Shown here: one piece after another, positions 40,725 to 53,935 of the stretch
Position numbering within the stretch: position 1 is the stretch's first letter
Layout: every line of letters starts with the position of its first letter
Origin: Octopus sinensis
Taxonomy: Eukaryota
Length of the DNA: 64,000 nucleotides
Reading direction: 5' to 3'
NCBI RefSeq assembly: GCF_006345805.1
Contig: NC_043003.1
Span: 117,118,001 to 117,182,000 of the forward strand
The notes under the pieces: model-generated
What the model was told of the DNA's origin: nothing
What the model saw: only the letters and a program-made list of their open reading frames with translations
The model's database searches: none
Made by a program: the position numbers and the translations under genes

Positions 40725-41579
40725 CATTTTCCTCATTCCTTTAGGCCCGCTTTCCTTGCCGACAAGTATTGGACCGTTCGACAGGTCGCGTGAACTGACT
40801 ATTGACAGGATTTCTACGGTGCTGACCCCTATGACCAACTGCTTTAAAGAGAAACTAGCTTTAAAGAGTTGCTAAGACCAAAGGGGGGGGGGTAACTCGC
40901 TTGCAGCACTCTAGTCTCACTAGTTTCACCATTTCGTCCCATCTGTTCCAGGCACATTTTTATGACATTCCGATTCCTTGGGTTCCCCTACCAACCCACT
41001 CCTTTCTTCTGCATAGTAGAAAGAGTTCATCCAACACACAGCGTTTGTTTCGTGTCATTTCGGGTCATTCATATGGCATCACTCATTAAACTCCGATTAC
41101 ACATCAAGCATACTTGTTTTTTGAGTCTTTTGAGTCTTTACAAATCTTCAACATTCAAGATTTGTTACTCACCGCCATCTGGCATCGCACTCTACAAATT
41201 CTTCTTTAATCTGCGTGAGAAGACAGAGAGTTTCTTGTGGAGATTATTGTTCCCTGAACTGTTCCAATCTATTATTATTTTGGCTACTATATTTTCAGGG
41301 CAACTTCCTGATTAATTAATCAGGTAATAGAACTATTACCTGATTATTAATAGAAACTACTGAATGCTTCTGAAGGGCGATTAGTTTCTTGAGAAAGTGT
41401 ATTTCCCAGTACACCTGTCAGTTTCGGTACACCTGTCAGTTTCTGTACATCTGTCATATATGTAATGCTACCTCTAGTACATTTCTAGATTTAAGAGATG
41501 AGGAATTATGAACAGTATTTATATTTGTCCGCATCTTATTTGTTGTCACTCTTATTATTATTGCTGTTGTTGTTGTTCA

Positions 41580-41651
41580 GGTCACTGCCTGAAATCGAAC
41601 TCGGAATCTTGGGGTTAGTAGCCCGCGCTCTTAACCACTACGCTATATGCC
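41580..41651 (-). promoter_or_regulatory. tRNA-derived Pol III promoter-like segment in the Penelope terminal repeat (not a functional tRNA)
   Basis: GGCATATAGCGTAGTGGTTAAGAGCGCGGGCTACTAACCCCAAGATTCCGAGTTCGATTTCAGG has an A box, an anticodon-like hairpin and a B-box-like GAGTTCGATT. The acceptor and T stems pair poorly. Confidence 0.6.
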
Positions 41652-41689
41652 GGTGGGCAGGGCTTATAAATCTAATATTTTCCTATCCT

Positions 41690-43495
41690 TCCTTAATACC
41701 GGTTCCCATATGCTATTCATATCTGCACTCTGCTGAGGAGGTTGTTGTGTCCTAGCATATGTGCTGCTTCTTTTAGTTTTCGTATTTTCCAGTGGTGTTC
41801 TCTGTCTATTATTTTGATTTCATCCCACAGGGGGAGATGCTCTCCATTTTTTTCCCATATATGATCAGCTAAACCCGATTTATCAATATCTCCCCGTGTC
41901 ACAGCTTTGCGATGTTCGTCTACTCTTATTTTGAGGGGACAGCATGTTTCGCCTTTATATAACATACCACAACTGCATGGGATGGAGTACACGCGGTTTT
42001 TGTCATATTCTCTTCGGTTTTACCCGAAGGAGATATTTGCGAAGTGTTGTATTATTCTTGAATAATGCCCTGATGTCATATGGGGCGCATATCTTTTTTA
42101 TCTTTTCGAAGAGGCCTTTCACATAGGGTAGGCAGACTGTGGACAGTTTATTGCTTTCATCTTCTCTTTTCTTCATAATTAGAATGGATAGTATATTTTA
42201 AGGGGGTAGTTGTTGCTTAATAGAATGTTACTGAGCTTGATGATTTCTGCGTGGTGTGTTTCACGATCGCTACTTATATTCTTTGCACGATGTTTTAGGC
42301 ACTGAGCAGTCCCGCTCTTTACACAGTATGGATGGTGGGGATTGAAGTTGCGGCATCGTCCAGTAAAGGTCGGTTTGCGGTATACGGATGTCTTGAATCC
42401 ATTCTTGGTGCATGTTTTTAATACCTCCAGGAATGCTAGCTGATTGTCTTTTTTTCCTTTTCCATTGTGAATTTTATGGATGGCTTTATTGAGTTCACAT
42501 GATCAACAGACTTGGACATCTTCCGGGTGGGGCCAGAATATGAAGGTGCCATCAACATATCGCAGCCATTGGCTTACTTTTAGTGGTGTTGATCCTAAAG
42601 CCAAATTCGCAAAGTATTCCACGTATATATTGGATATTGTCGGTGATAATGGCGAACCCATAACTAAACCCTCTTCTTGTCGATATATATCAGTGTCCAT
42701 GTTGTAATAAGTAGTTTCTACACACAAGGTCAACATTTCCATCAAGTTTCTTATTGGTTTACTAGTGCGTTCTTTTAGATGGGCGTCTGTCACTAGTTTC
42801 TCTTGAATCACCGATTGTGCTTCACCAGTTGGGATTTTGGTGAACACACTTATCACATCTAGATTCACCATCTGTTGGATCCAATTGAGGTATCCTTGAC
42901 CAATTCTGTGAAGTGAATGGAATTCTTCACGAACGAGGCTGACTTTCCTGCTAATGGACTGATTATATCCACAAGGAAGCGTCTCAGTGGATACCATGCT
43001 GAACCTCTTCAGGTCACTATTGGTCTTAAAGGAATACCATCCTTGTGAATCTTAGGGAGACCGTGTGTGGTAGTGTTGAGTCAGTTGTTTGTACTTCATT
43101 GGTGTAAAGTGATCCTTGTTCTTAATCAAGATCTGTGACAACTTCTTGTCTGTTTTCAAAGTAGGGTCTTTCTTTTCTTTACTGTAGCTACCATCACTTA
43201 TAAGACTTGCCAATTTTTCCGAGTAGACAGACTTGTTCATCCCCACTGTAGAATTTCCCTTGTCTGCCAGAAGTATTATTATGGAATTGTCACTCTGTAG
43301 TCTTTTGATAGCGAACTTTTCTTCCTTAGTGATGTTTGGTTTTTTCGAAGTTTCGCTTTTTCTAGTACCTGCCTCACTGTCCACCTTAGTTCATCTCCCT
43401 AAGCTTTTGGTATCTTTACAGCTATCTCGTCAATAGGGGCTAATATGTCCAAGTATGGAATGCGCTTGATGGTTGTCGCAAAGTTGAGACCTTTC
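41690..43495 (-). pseudogene. Penelope RT + GIY-YIG endonuclease pseudogene
   Basis: ILLADKGNSTV, VNLDVISVFTKIP, YRQEEGLVMGSPLSPTISNIYVE, WLRYVDGTF and VYSIPCSCGMLYKGETCCPLKIRVDEHRKA; frameshifted. Confidence 0.92.
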
Positions 43496-43590
43496 TTTAT
43501 ATTTATCAGCCGAAACTATGTGTTAACAACAAACAAGATGAGGACAAATATCCGTCGAATGTAAATAATGTAAATAAAGCTACCTCTAGT

Positions 43591-44310
43591 TTTGCCTGTC
43601 GCGTATTACAAATACGCCACTTGTCTGTACCTCTTTAAACTGGGCACATTCTGTAGTAATTCTATAGACTTCTTATCCATATTCCGAGCACTGTCTATCT
43701 CTTGGTTGTAGCAGGCACCCTGTTTCCTCGTTATTTAGTATAAGTTTTGTCTTGGTTGCTTTTTACTCTAAAGCTCTTCAAATATTCTACAATTTAATTC
43801 TTCTCCAATTCTGCTACAAATTCTGCTATGAGAAAATGGTCGCCAATATATAGGAGTTCCCACAGACATCCAGGCTTAACACATTACCTTTGAGGCACGG
43901 AGGACTTCATTAAATAGATGAGTTTTTAGGAGGAATCCCTTACGGACCCCTTCGAGAATCGAATTCTTCGCGGGATTATTAGATCAGTTAACGATTGTTA
44001 GGTTATTTTTGAAATCGGTAATTTTGCCATAACGATCTGGAGAGTTTAACTGGCGATATAATATCTTGTGGCAGACGTTTGTACAGTCCCCACTCACTGT
44101 CTCATTTAACGCTATTTCATCGTAGTCGTTTGTGTGTCCATTCTAGATCCAATCCAAAATGACATTCAATAAACTCACAGGTGAGATCTTTAAGACTTCT
44201 TTCATATTGTGATATACTGCTTGTGGCTTTAGTACAAAATTATTATTGGAGCTTTTAAGTTCTATTAATTTCTTGCACTAGAATTTCCTCACCTTGTACT
44301 CGCAGTTCGT
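43591..44310 (-). mobile_element. Old RTE-like reverse transcriptase remnant, host of the Penelope insertion
   Basis: Minus-strand peptides GVRKGFLLKTHLF, GCLWELLYIGDHFLIAE and RVKATKTKL resemble GV.QGS.LSP.LF, WELLYADDL.L.AE and L.VN..KTK. Confidence 0.55.
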
Positions 44311-44322
44311 GTTTATAGATAA

Positions 44323-44725
44323 CTAGCAGCTAAGCCCGGTTTCACCCAGTCTGTTTGGATAATGTTGCTGTGATCGTTTTCGGTTAGTCATAATCTATAA
44401 CAGCGTTTGTTAATCTTATCATTTCGGGTCCCCTGTTTCAATTGGAGCCTCCAGCTATGTGAAAATTTCCTGACCCCACCCCGTCAGAAAACAGCTTCTA
44501 AGCAACTGGCTGTTTTAATGACAGAGGGAAATTCCATTAGAAACAGTTTTAATCAATTTTCTCGGTAAGTATGGGGGTTATGAAAAAAATACAAACTGCA
44601 TTCCAATCTATACATCTGTCTCCACATGTGTGCCACATTTTATGCGAATCCACCCAGTCGTTTGGCTGTGAACCTCAAGACAAGAAAGAATACAACGATC
44701 GCCCATGTCCAATTTATATTATAGA
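44323..44725 (-). mobile_element. Non-autonomous Helitron (third family)
   Basis: The minus strand reads A|TCTATAATATAAA ... CTGGGTGAAACCGGG CTTAGCTGCTAG|T; the hairpin is imperfect. Confidence 0.68.
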
Positions 44726-45067
44726 TTAGTTCATACGTCATCGTCGTATTACACCACTTCCCGTAGGCATTAAACAATCTAACATGAAGTCAGAAATCAG
44801 GGTTGGGGAAATTTTTATTCGCTTTGCACTTGATGACATTCCCTAATTTCCAAAATATTTTGTTTTCACTGTGCTCTTAGTTGTTTATATAATTCATTTA
44901 TCTATATTTATTCATGAGCAATCACCATTCGGTGATGTAATGGTGACACGATCGTGATATTGTCCTTTAGGTCGCATCCACTGCAGTTCTTGATGTTTAA
45001 AGACATTTATCTGCTCTGATTTTAACTTGATGTGAGATTTTGAGGGTTAGTGAAATCCAAAATAACC

Positions 45068-45300
45068 GACAACTGGCAGAAACGTTAGCACGCCGGGCGA
45101 AATGCATATCCGTATTTCGTCTGTCGTTACGTTCTGAGTTCAAATTCCGCCGAGGTCGACTTTGCCTTTCATCCTTTTGGGGTCGATAAATTAAGTACCA
45201 GTTACACACTTGGATCGATATAATGGACTTAATCCGTTTGTCTGTCTTTGTTTGTCCCCTCTGTGTTTAGCCCCTTGTGGGCAATAAAGAAATAAGAAAT
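45068..45300 (+). mobile_element. SINE family B
   Basis: Nearly identical to 25341-25571. Confidence 0.92.
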
Positions 45301-46247
45301 AATCATACACGCACATACATGCATAGGTGCACACACGCGCATGCACAAGCACACATGCGCATGCGCAAGCACACACACACACATACATACATATAGATAA
45401 ATTAATAGTTAAATAGACAGATTGGTAGATGGCTAGGTAGATAGATCAAGATGAAGCTAGTTATATAAATGTGTGTGTGTGTGTATGCGTGTGTGTGTTT
45501 GTGTCTGTGTCTGAAACATTTCAAACATTGTAAATAATGCATCTTATAGATAGGATTCCGAAGATGGATAAATATTTAGTAGAATAAGAATTACAATTTC
45601 GAAAACAAAGCAGTATAGGTGATATGTAGTCTGCAGAACGAAAAGTTTGGTAAAAATACAAATGCTTTTTCTTTTTCGAATGAATTTTCGATCGAGTTAA
45701 TAGAGTTATATAAATATGAGAACATATAAAATTGGAGAAAATAGTAGTTAAGGAAAATATTTATTCTTTCATCACATCGAACACTAGAAAAACTCTCAAA
45801 TGAAATTAAATGAAGTCTTCCTAGAATTGGCTGAAGTTTGCTTTCAAACAGGAGATTTAATGAAAATATTTCTAAATGGTACGTCAGGATAATGGATCAA
45901 TAAAACAAACAAAGCTTCAAACAAGTTTTAATAAAATTACCATTATAAAAGGAAAGTAATAATAAGCAACGCTTATTTTAAATAAGAAAAATGCATCTTT
46001 TATCAAAAATGCAAAAGCAAACACTCTATGCTAAATATATTTCTTAAATATTTCTTAAATAAATCGAATAACTAATAATAAGAAAGTTTGAAATATAATA
46101 AAGTAAATTAAATAAACATTTATGCACATAAATGAATCTTTCATTATTAATAATGATTTGATTTAAAAAGTTAGACGTCAGGAAGTAAATAATAAATAAA
46201 CAGCTCTGTTTACTGAGACATACGACCACACACACACACACACACAC

Positions 46248-46280
<33 letters not shown>

Positions 46281-46329
46281 CCAACAGACACATAATCCGC
46301 TTCATATATGCATACATATATATATGTGC

Positions 46330-46365
<36 letters not shown>

Positions 46366-46421
46366 CATACACGAATATATATATATTATATATATATATA
46401 AACATATATATAGATAGACAG

Positions 46422-46456
<35 letters not shown>

Positions 46457-46485
46457 GTGTGTGTGTGTGTGTATGTATATATATA

Positions 46486-46523
<38 letters not shown>

Positions 46524-47067
46524 GCACATACACATTACACACCACATATATGTATATATTCTGTGTGTGTGTGTGTGTGTGAATGTATCCATAACATCTA
46601 ACCAAAGAAATTATCGTCAATGGAAAGTAATAATGAAGTTAATACAAAAAAAAACAGGACGCAATAAGTTCGCTGCAACAAAACATAGAGAATTAATATT
46701 AAATTCAGCAAAACATGAGAAAAAACACAGAAAGAGAAAAGAACCGGTGATAGTAATTCTATTACTAATGTGTGTTATGATTTAGTAAATAATGTTTTAT
46801 AATGAATTCATTGTAAAAATTGTCGGAAACGATGTAAACAGTCTGTGAGGTGATTCTTCTTCAGCAGGTGCAGCTGATGGTGGCAGAAGTGTGCACCGAG
46901 TATTGGAATTATTGCATAAGAAAGAAATAGAAAGAGAGAACAGAGAGAGAGAGCGGTGGGGGGGGAAGAGAAACGGTGAAGGACAAAGAAAGAGGAAGAG
47001 ATGTCGTCACTTGTAAATTACTATTTTAAAATGGAACATATGGTTCCCAGCCAATGTTGAAATTCGA

Positions 47068-47250
47068 CACCAAATTGGTAGAATCGTTAGCACACCGAGT
47101 AAAATGCTTAGCAGCATTTCGTCCGTCTTTACGTTTAAATTTCAAATTCTCTCCAAGATCGACGATTCCTTTTGTCCTTTCAGGGGTCGATAAAATAAGG
47201 ACCAGTTGAACCCTGGGGTTGATGAAATCGACTTAATCCCTTTCCCCCGA
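47068..47250 (+). mobile_element. SINE family B, diverged
   Basis: AGAATCGTTAGCACACCG and GGGGTCGATAAAATAAGGACCAG. Confidence 0.75.
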
Positions 47251-47254
47251 ATTT

Positions 47255-47680
47255 AAGTTAATAGTTAAGTTAATCTTTTGGCTCAAAAAGCAAAAAGCAA
47301 GGCCATGTAGGGGGACATGGAGTTAACTACAGGGTGGTGTTCATGCAAAGAGTTCAGGCCATTTCTGGTCAAGAGAGACTTTGAACCGAGCGGTCGTCGG
47401 CATCTTCACTATCTCGTCTGGCAGCTTATTCCACGGATCCGCAACCTGGACGGAGAAAGCCCCTCTCCTTCGATTGAGATGAAATCGTCGCAGATAGAGC
47501 TTTTCGGAGTGACTCCGCAGCCGACGCTTTGGAGCAGGAGTGAAGAACAGCTCTTTCGAGAGGTTACACTTTCCGCTTATGATGTTCTGAGCAAGAATGA
47601 GATCACCACGTTTTTTCTAGAGAATAAAGGTCGAGCGTCTTCAGCCTTTCTTCATAAGACAAATGCTTGAGACCAAGAAC
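47255..47680 (-). mobile_element. 3' end of a CR1-like LINE
   Basis: The minus strand encodes HLSYEERLKTLDLYSLE and FSVQVADPWNKLPDEIVKMPTTARFKVSLDQKW, followed by a TTAAC-like tail. Confidence 0.78.
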
Positions 47681-47989
47681 CATTTGTTGGCTTTGTGCCA
47701 AAATTTAAAGCCAATATTCGCAGAAGTAAATTTCAATAGCGGTTCCAAGGGCTGTAATTGTGTTTTATGAAATATTGGAAATTAAAAGTAACATCTTATG
47801 AATATTTCCTTGCTGAAGGCTCTGAAGCTGCTTTGCCAATTCCGTTCCCCTTCGGACACGTGAGCAAGATGGTATAATGTGGATTTAATTATCGGCCCGC
47901 TATAAGCACAGATAATATTTTTTAATGGAATAAAATGCTGAATGGTGTAATATCATTCCCTTCAGGCATTAAATTTGAGTGCTGTGATT

Positions 47990-48295
47990 TCGCTTATGAG
48001 AGCTCAAAATCTCTCGTGGAAGCGTCATCCAACCAAAGTACAAATATATGGGAAATTACCACCTGTATCATCTCTTGTGAAAGGTGGAAGAGTCCAGTTT
48101 GCTGGACATTGTTGTAGAGCTGAAAACGAGGTAATTTCTATTCTTCTCATCTGGAAGCCATCTGCTCGCGATACCAGAGGGCGCACACTCTCCTACCCTG
48201 ATGTAATCTCCAGGGATACAGGCATCCAGCAACAGGTCCTCCGTAACGCTATGATGGACCTTGAAGTCTGGCGTAACATAGTCAATTCCACGGTC
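47990..48295 (+). mobile_element. 3' fragment of an RTE-like LINE
   Basis: NLSWKRHPTKVQIYGKLP...VQFAGHCCR...LIWKPS...RGRTLSYPDVISRDTG...AMMDLEVWR. Confidence 0.75.
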
Positions 48296-50091
48296 GGTCG
48301 GTGATTTCGCTACGTTTGTTACTATGGTGACATGGTGATAATATTGGATGTTATTCTGACAGACTTGATTTCAGTCAGTCATCATCACGTCGTGTCAGCG
48401 GTGCGACATTGAGTAGTGCAATGGTGTCATCGAAGATTGGAGTGAATTATGTTGAGACGGGGGGAATACTGACGCACGTTATCAGAATCACAGCTGTGGG
48501 TACGGGGAGTCACATTAACATTATGGCACTTGTGACTTCAATGGCTTATATTTGTCTTATTTTAATGTTTGTTACTTCATAATGATATATTTGTTTCTGC
48601 ACCATTTATGTACACAACATAATTAATTTTCAATGTTTCGTGATTGGCATTTTAAAAAATATATATATATTTGGAGAAATGATTCGCTGTTAAACTTTAG
48701 AACCGTTGATACAGCTGTCAAATCCTTATTTCACACATTAATTCACAAACCTATAAATTTTATTTATTCTAGTTTTTATTCGACTGCGAAGTAAATTGAA
48801 GAAACGGTCTGACTGTTATTGATGTCTGGGACTCGATGGAACATTAATAATGAGTTTAATTTTACCAAATGGAAGAAAAATTTGGACAACTGATATGATC
48901 GCGCTTAATTGAATGTGTTCCACTACATTTAGTTAAAAGGAAACTTGGTCTTCTAGAAACAGTATCCAAATTCCCTTTAACTCACACCCTACCGTCTTGA
49001 AAAATGGATACATTAGGTGCATAGATACCCGGTTTGATACAAGAATTCCAAAGAGGGGCAGATGGGTTTTGCCTTTCTGATCCGACTTATTAACATCAAA
49101 ACGACGGAACCTCTATATCTTCCCTTGGCTTACCACACAAAAGCAACCACGGTCTTATAAATGAACACAATGTATAATATAGCCCTGAGCTCTCTAGACA
49201 AAGAAGATGAGATGGTCAAATTTAGAACGCTCTAGATGATGGATCTTCTGGAGGGGCGCTGACGAGGACTAACCTACAAAAACAACATTCCTTTATTTTC
49301 TCGATTCTACAATAGGGAAAACAATGTCAAGTTCAACAATATTTAATCCCAGAACTTAAATAGTGGACATAAAATCAGAAGGAACTTTGACCAGGCATAT
49401 ACACCGATTTTTGCATTTCTTGGAAAGAATTGATGATTTCTAAGTTTGGCAGAATCTCAGACAAATGTAAGAAATGATCTATCAAACTAACAGCAATAAA
49501 AAAAATGCCACCAGTATGTCACTGGTATTTATTTTATTGACCTGTGAACGATGAAAGGCAACATACCATGGTACATTTATGCCACATTTTACGCTGCTCT
49601 AAAAAAGGCATTAATAATTTCAATAATTAAATCTATTTAAATTTCGTTATAATCATAAGCAACTGAATGCATAAAAATATGTGTTGGAACCATCTAAACT
49701 AGATATTTCTGAATTTCTATGTATTTTTGTGATCTCTCTGTTTTAACTGATGAGAAAATTCATTTGGTTACAATGGGAAAAAAAATGTTCATATTATGAG
49801 AAATCAACAAAGAGAATGTGATGAGGTGGTCAGTGCAGGAATAGCACTGAGGTCAGAGTTTCTCCCTCGGTGGTATCAGTAGCAAGGTGTAGTCACACGA
49901 CTTTCGGCTGTCAATCAATTGTGAGTCTCAGAGCTTTCACCAGGAAATCCAAGCACCATTGAGACAAACTCCTTCACTCAGACACAAGTGATATTTTCAC
50001 AACCATTTAGATACGTAGACACAAAAGCGTGCGTGCGTGCGTGCGTGCGAGTGTATGTTTATATGGGTACATGTGTAGGGATTGTTTGTTT

Positions 50092-50487
50092 AGGAGTGGC
50101 TGTGTGGTAAGTAGCTTGCTTACCAACAACATGGTTCCGGGTTCAGCCCCACTGTGTGGCACCTTGGACAAGTGTCTTTTACTATAGCCTCGGGGCGACC
50201 AAAACCTTGTGAGTGGATTTGTTAGACGGAAACTGAAAGAAGCCTGTCGTATATATGTATATATATATATATATGTTTGTGTTTGTTCCCCCAACATCGC
50301 CTGACAACCGATGCTGGTGTGTTTACGTCCCCGTAACTTAGCGGTTCGGCCAGAAAGACCGATAGAATAAGTACTAGGCTTACAAAGAATAAGTCCTGGG
50401 GTCGATTTGCTCGACTCAAGGCGGTGCTCCAACATGGCCGCAGTCAAATGACTGAAACAAGTAAAAGAGTATAAAGAGTAGAGAGTA
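50092..50487 (+). mobile_element. SINE family A, well conserved
   Basis: Complete head, body and GTAAAAGAGTA tail. Confidence 0.93.
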
Positions 50488-50887
50488 TGTATGTATGTAT
50501 ATATGTCGGTGTATAGTCATAGCATATGCGCGCGCACACATGCTTGGGAGCCGCTCCACTTGGTTCTCCAAAGGATTCTATTCTCTGCTTTCGCTATTTA
50601 TACAAACGCAAATTGTGTTAGAGTCTGTCTCACACAGAAATTCTTTGTTCCATGATATAAACGGCCTTCGAAACGGTTACGTCATTGTTTACAATCAGAC
50701 GCGAATCTCGAGTGGTTTCTCTCTATTTTTGTTCGGTAAACTTCCATTCGCCTTTGAAGTGAACGAATAATTACGTATGAAAGAAAAATATTTAAAAAAA
50801 ATTCACTTGTTAGTGTTACTTTTCCGACATATTACATTGCCAATCAGTGCGTTTGCATACAAGTACAACAGTGCTTTCATATATGTA

Positions 50888-51043
<156 letters not shown>

Positions 51044-51045
51044 TA

Positions 51046-51084
<39 letters not shown>

Positions 51085-51106
51085 TATATATATATATACA
51101 TATATA

Positions 51107-51137
<31 letters not shown>

Positions 51138-51218
51138 TTATAATATACATTTATATAATATATATATTATATATATAATATATATATGTAATATATATAT
51201 ATAGATTATATATATGTG

Positions 51219-51252
<34 letters not shown>

Positions 51253-52446
51253 ATATATATTATATATATATTGCATATATATATAATATATCAAAGTATC
51301 AAAGTATCAAAGTATATATATTAATATATATATATATATATATATTATATAATATATATATATATATACTATAATATGTATCATACATATATATGTATGT
51401 ATGTTTACGAGTTTACGTGTACCATATATATGTATTATATATGAGTGTGTGTGCATATATCAGCATATATTAGCGTCTGTGTGTTTGTGTGTGTGCGTGT
51501 GTGTTATGTATAGCGTTATAAATTTATATACACATGTGTATGTCAACATACGTATGAATATGTTTGTATATGCCTGTAAGGGCTGTGGGTGGTTGTGTGC
51601 GTGTATACGCATATGTAGATGCCTTCATATTTCTATATATTTATTTCATTGTTCTTCTATTTCTCTCAAGGCGTATATTTCAATTTTATTCGATCTGTTT
51701 TCGTAATGTTTCTGTCTATTTTCTCTAGTTTACTCTTTTACTCTTTTACTTGTTTCAGTCATTTGACTGCGACCATGCTGGAGCACCACCTTTAGTCGAG
51801 CAAATCGACCCCGGGACTTATTCATTGTAAGCCCAGTACTTATTCTATCGGTCTCTTTTGCCGAACCGCTGTGAAACTGGGACGTAAACACACCAGCATC
51901 GGTTGTCAAGCAATGCTAGGGGAACAAATACAGACACACAAACACACACACACATACACACACATATATATATACATATATACGACAGGCTTCTTTCAGT
52001 TTCCGTCTACCAAATCCACTCACAAGGCATTGGTCGGCCCGGGGCTATAGCAGAAGACACTTGCCCAAGATGCCACGCAGTTGGAGTGAACCCAGAACCA
52101 TGTGGTTGGTTAGCAAGCTACTTTATTTCAAAACATTTGCCATAAAGGCAGTACACAGATTAAGTTAGCTTTGCGGGCTGGACGAGGACATTAATGAAGT
52201 GAATGATAATGAAAGACAGATGATAAGGATGGGAGAAGACAAAAAGCGCCCGCCGACTTTCGCTTCTCTAAAACATTGTTCTTTTTAAAGATAAACACAA
52301 AACGAGGTATTAAACCTCTTACAATTTTTCCAATTTTTGGACTTAGCAGTCCATTATTAATAAAAATGCAAAACGAGGTATTAACCTCTTTCAATTTTCC
52401 AATTTTTGGACTTAGCAGTCCATTATTAATACTAACAGTTCAATAA

Positions 52447-53688
52447 TTACATATCGTCCTCGAAATAGCTTGTGCCCGCGCCCTCCACCATCAACCACGC
52501 CTCCCTCAGAACGTAATCAAGTTCCGAGTTCGCGTCACCCGGGACCAAGCTATAATCTTCATTGAGCTCCTTTAGCCCAAGCGTCACGTCGAACGCCACG
52601 GCCTCCACAGCTATCTGCGGAGGCCATTCGGGGTCCTGTGTGAAGGCTAAAGGAGCTACCTTGTGGTACTCTTCCATCATTTTTTTTTCAATTTCTCCTC
52701 CTCTATAGAAGAGGACCAATACGTTCAGTTCTTTCGTTGGCGGCACAGTTCCCGCCAACGTCTGCGGCTCATGGGTATCAGCCGCCCGACCTTTCTTTCT
52801 TTTTCTCCTCCTTCTTTTGGGGGAGACTGCTGACCCAGGGGACTCCGTCACCAGACACGGGGGATCGCAATCCCCCTCCGCCACCTGAGCGTTCTTTGGC
52901 GAGCAGCCATTGTTGCTCGCCTGTCTCTTTCTTTTCGTGGAGGCAACCTCCTCCACGACTTCCACCGTCTCCCCCTCAAATGAGGGGGCGGCGGGCGCCT
53001 TTTCCCCTTCATGCTCTGGGGCACCACCACGGCCCCCGGGACAATTCCTCTTGATATGTCCGGGCTTCAGGCACAGGTGACACTTGGGGGGGCGTCCCTC
53101 GAGTATCACCGAGTACCTGTGCCCAGCCATTCTCAGGAAGTCCGGGAATTTCATTTCTCCCACGGCCACCGGTGTCCACAGGGTCAAAGTTGCCTTTGAC
53201 CCCTCCCAGGCGACCGCGGGAGCCATTTTCACACTCAGTAGCCTGGGTCCGCTACCCCCCAGGCCTCGCCGGATGGTCTTCTCGATCCATTCCGCCTCCG
53301 TGCCCGGGGGCAGCCCACAAACCCAGGATCTTTTTACTTTTCTGCCACAATACGAGGGGAGGAACAAAATTTCCTCTCCCTCCAGTGGCTCGCTAGCAAA
53401 TCTGCTAGCTTCCTCGGGGGTACCAAACAGCAACCACACCGTTGCAAATTTAGTCCCCCGAGAAATAAACTTTATCGTTGGTAGGTGGTCCCCCAACTCT
53501 TTCTCTATGGTGCTCCTGTCGAAGAGGGCGATAGCTCCACGCGACCTAGAATAGGTTCGTAGGACCACCGTCCTCTTCTCAAGACTTTCAATCCACTGCT
53601 TGGGTGGGACAACCTCCCATTCCAAAGCAGTGGTTTCTTTTGTTGCCATGCTTTTGAAAAAAAGTTCAACTAAAAGTTCAAAGTCCAA
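52447..53688 (-). CDS. Intact LINE ORF1/gag-like nucleic-acid-binding protein with a CCHC zinc knuckle (first ATG at 53650)
   Basis: An uninterrupted 413-codon GC-rich ORF with EGRPPKCHLCLKPGHIKRNCP (CX2CX4HX4C) and a basic KRRRRKRKK tract; the layout is L1/Tx1-like. Confidence 0.85.
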   Translation of the reverse strand: MDFELLVELFFKSMATKETTALEWEVVPPKQWIESLEKRTVVLRTYSRSRGAIALFDRSTIEKELGDHLPTIKFISRGTKFATVWLLFGTPEEASRFASEPLEGEEILFLPSYCGRKVKRSWVCGLPPGTEAEWIEKTIRRGLGGSGPRLLSVKMAPAVAWEGSKATLTLWTPVAVGEMKFPDFLRMAGHRYSVILEGRPPKCHLCLKPGHIKRNCPGGRGGAPEHEGEKAPAAPSFEGETVEVVEEVASTKRKRQASNNGCSPKNAQVAEGDCDPPCLVTESPGSAVSPKRRRRKRKKGRAADTHEPQTLAGTVPPTKELNVLVLFYRGGEIEKKMMEEYHKVAPLAFTQDPEWPPQIAVEAVAFDVTLGLKELNEDYSLVPGDANSELDYVLREAWLMVEGAGTSYFEDDM

Positions 53689-53811
53689 TAAAAAAAAAAC
53701 ACAATGACAGAACAGAAAGACAGAACAGAGAAAAGGACGAAGGAAGACAGTTCAAATAATGGCAACACAGTTCTGCAACTGGTAATCCTCACGAAACAGG
53801 GTACTCCTAGT

Positions 53812-53935
53812 TGCAGCACACTTGGTTCTCCGTGGTAAATCCAAGCACAATTGGTTCTCCGTGGTAAATCCAAGCACAATTGGTTCTCCGTGGTAAATCC
53901 AAGCACAATTGGCTCTCCGTGGTAAATCCAAGCGA
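53812..53935. repeat. 29-bp tandem repeat (~4 copies) in the element's 5' UTR
   Basis: TTGGTTCTCCGTGGTAAATCCAAGCACAA repeated. Confidence 0.95.

Larger units (their letters stand above)
41479..43578 (-). mobile_element. 5'-truncated Penelope-like retroelement with an inverted pLTR fragment at its 5' end
   Basis: RT and GIY-YIG remnants are present. A 12-bp TSD GCTACCTCTAGT lies at 41467-41478 and 43579-43590, and an inverted terminal piece at ~43497-43578. Confidence 0.92.

Noticed and set aside
41580-41651. Functional tRNA gene (also the SINE heads)
   Set aside because: The acceptor and T stems are mispaired, there is no poly-T terminator, and it is embedded in a repeat.
52737-53554. Plus-strand ORFs antisense to ORF1
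   Set aside because: They are shadow ORFs of a GC-rich coding region.
53812-53935. CRISPR-like 29-bp repeats
   Set aside because: The repeats are contiguous with no spacers, in a eukaryotic retroelement UTR.
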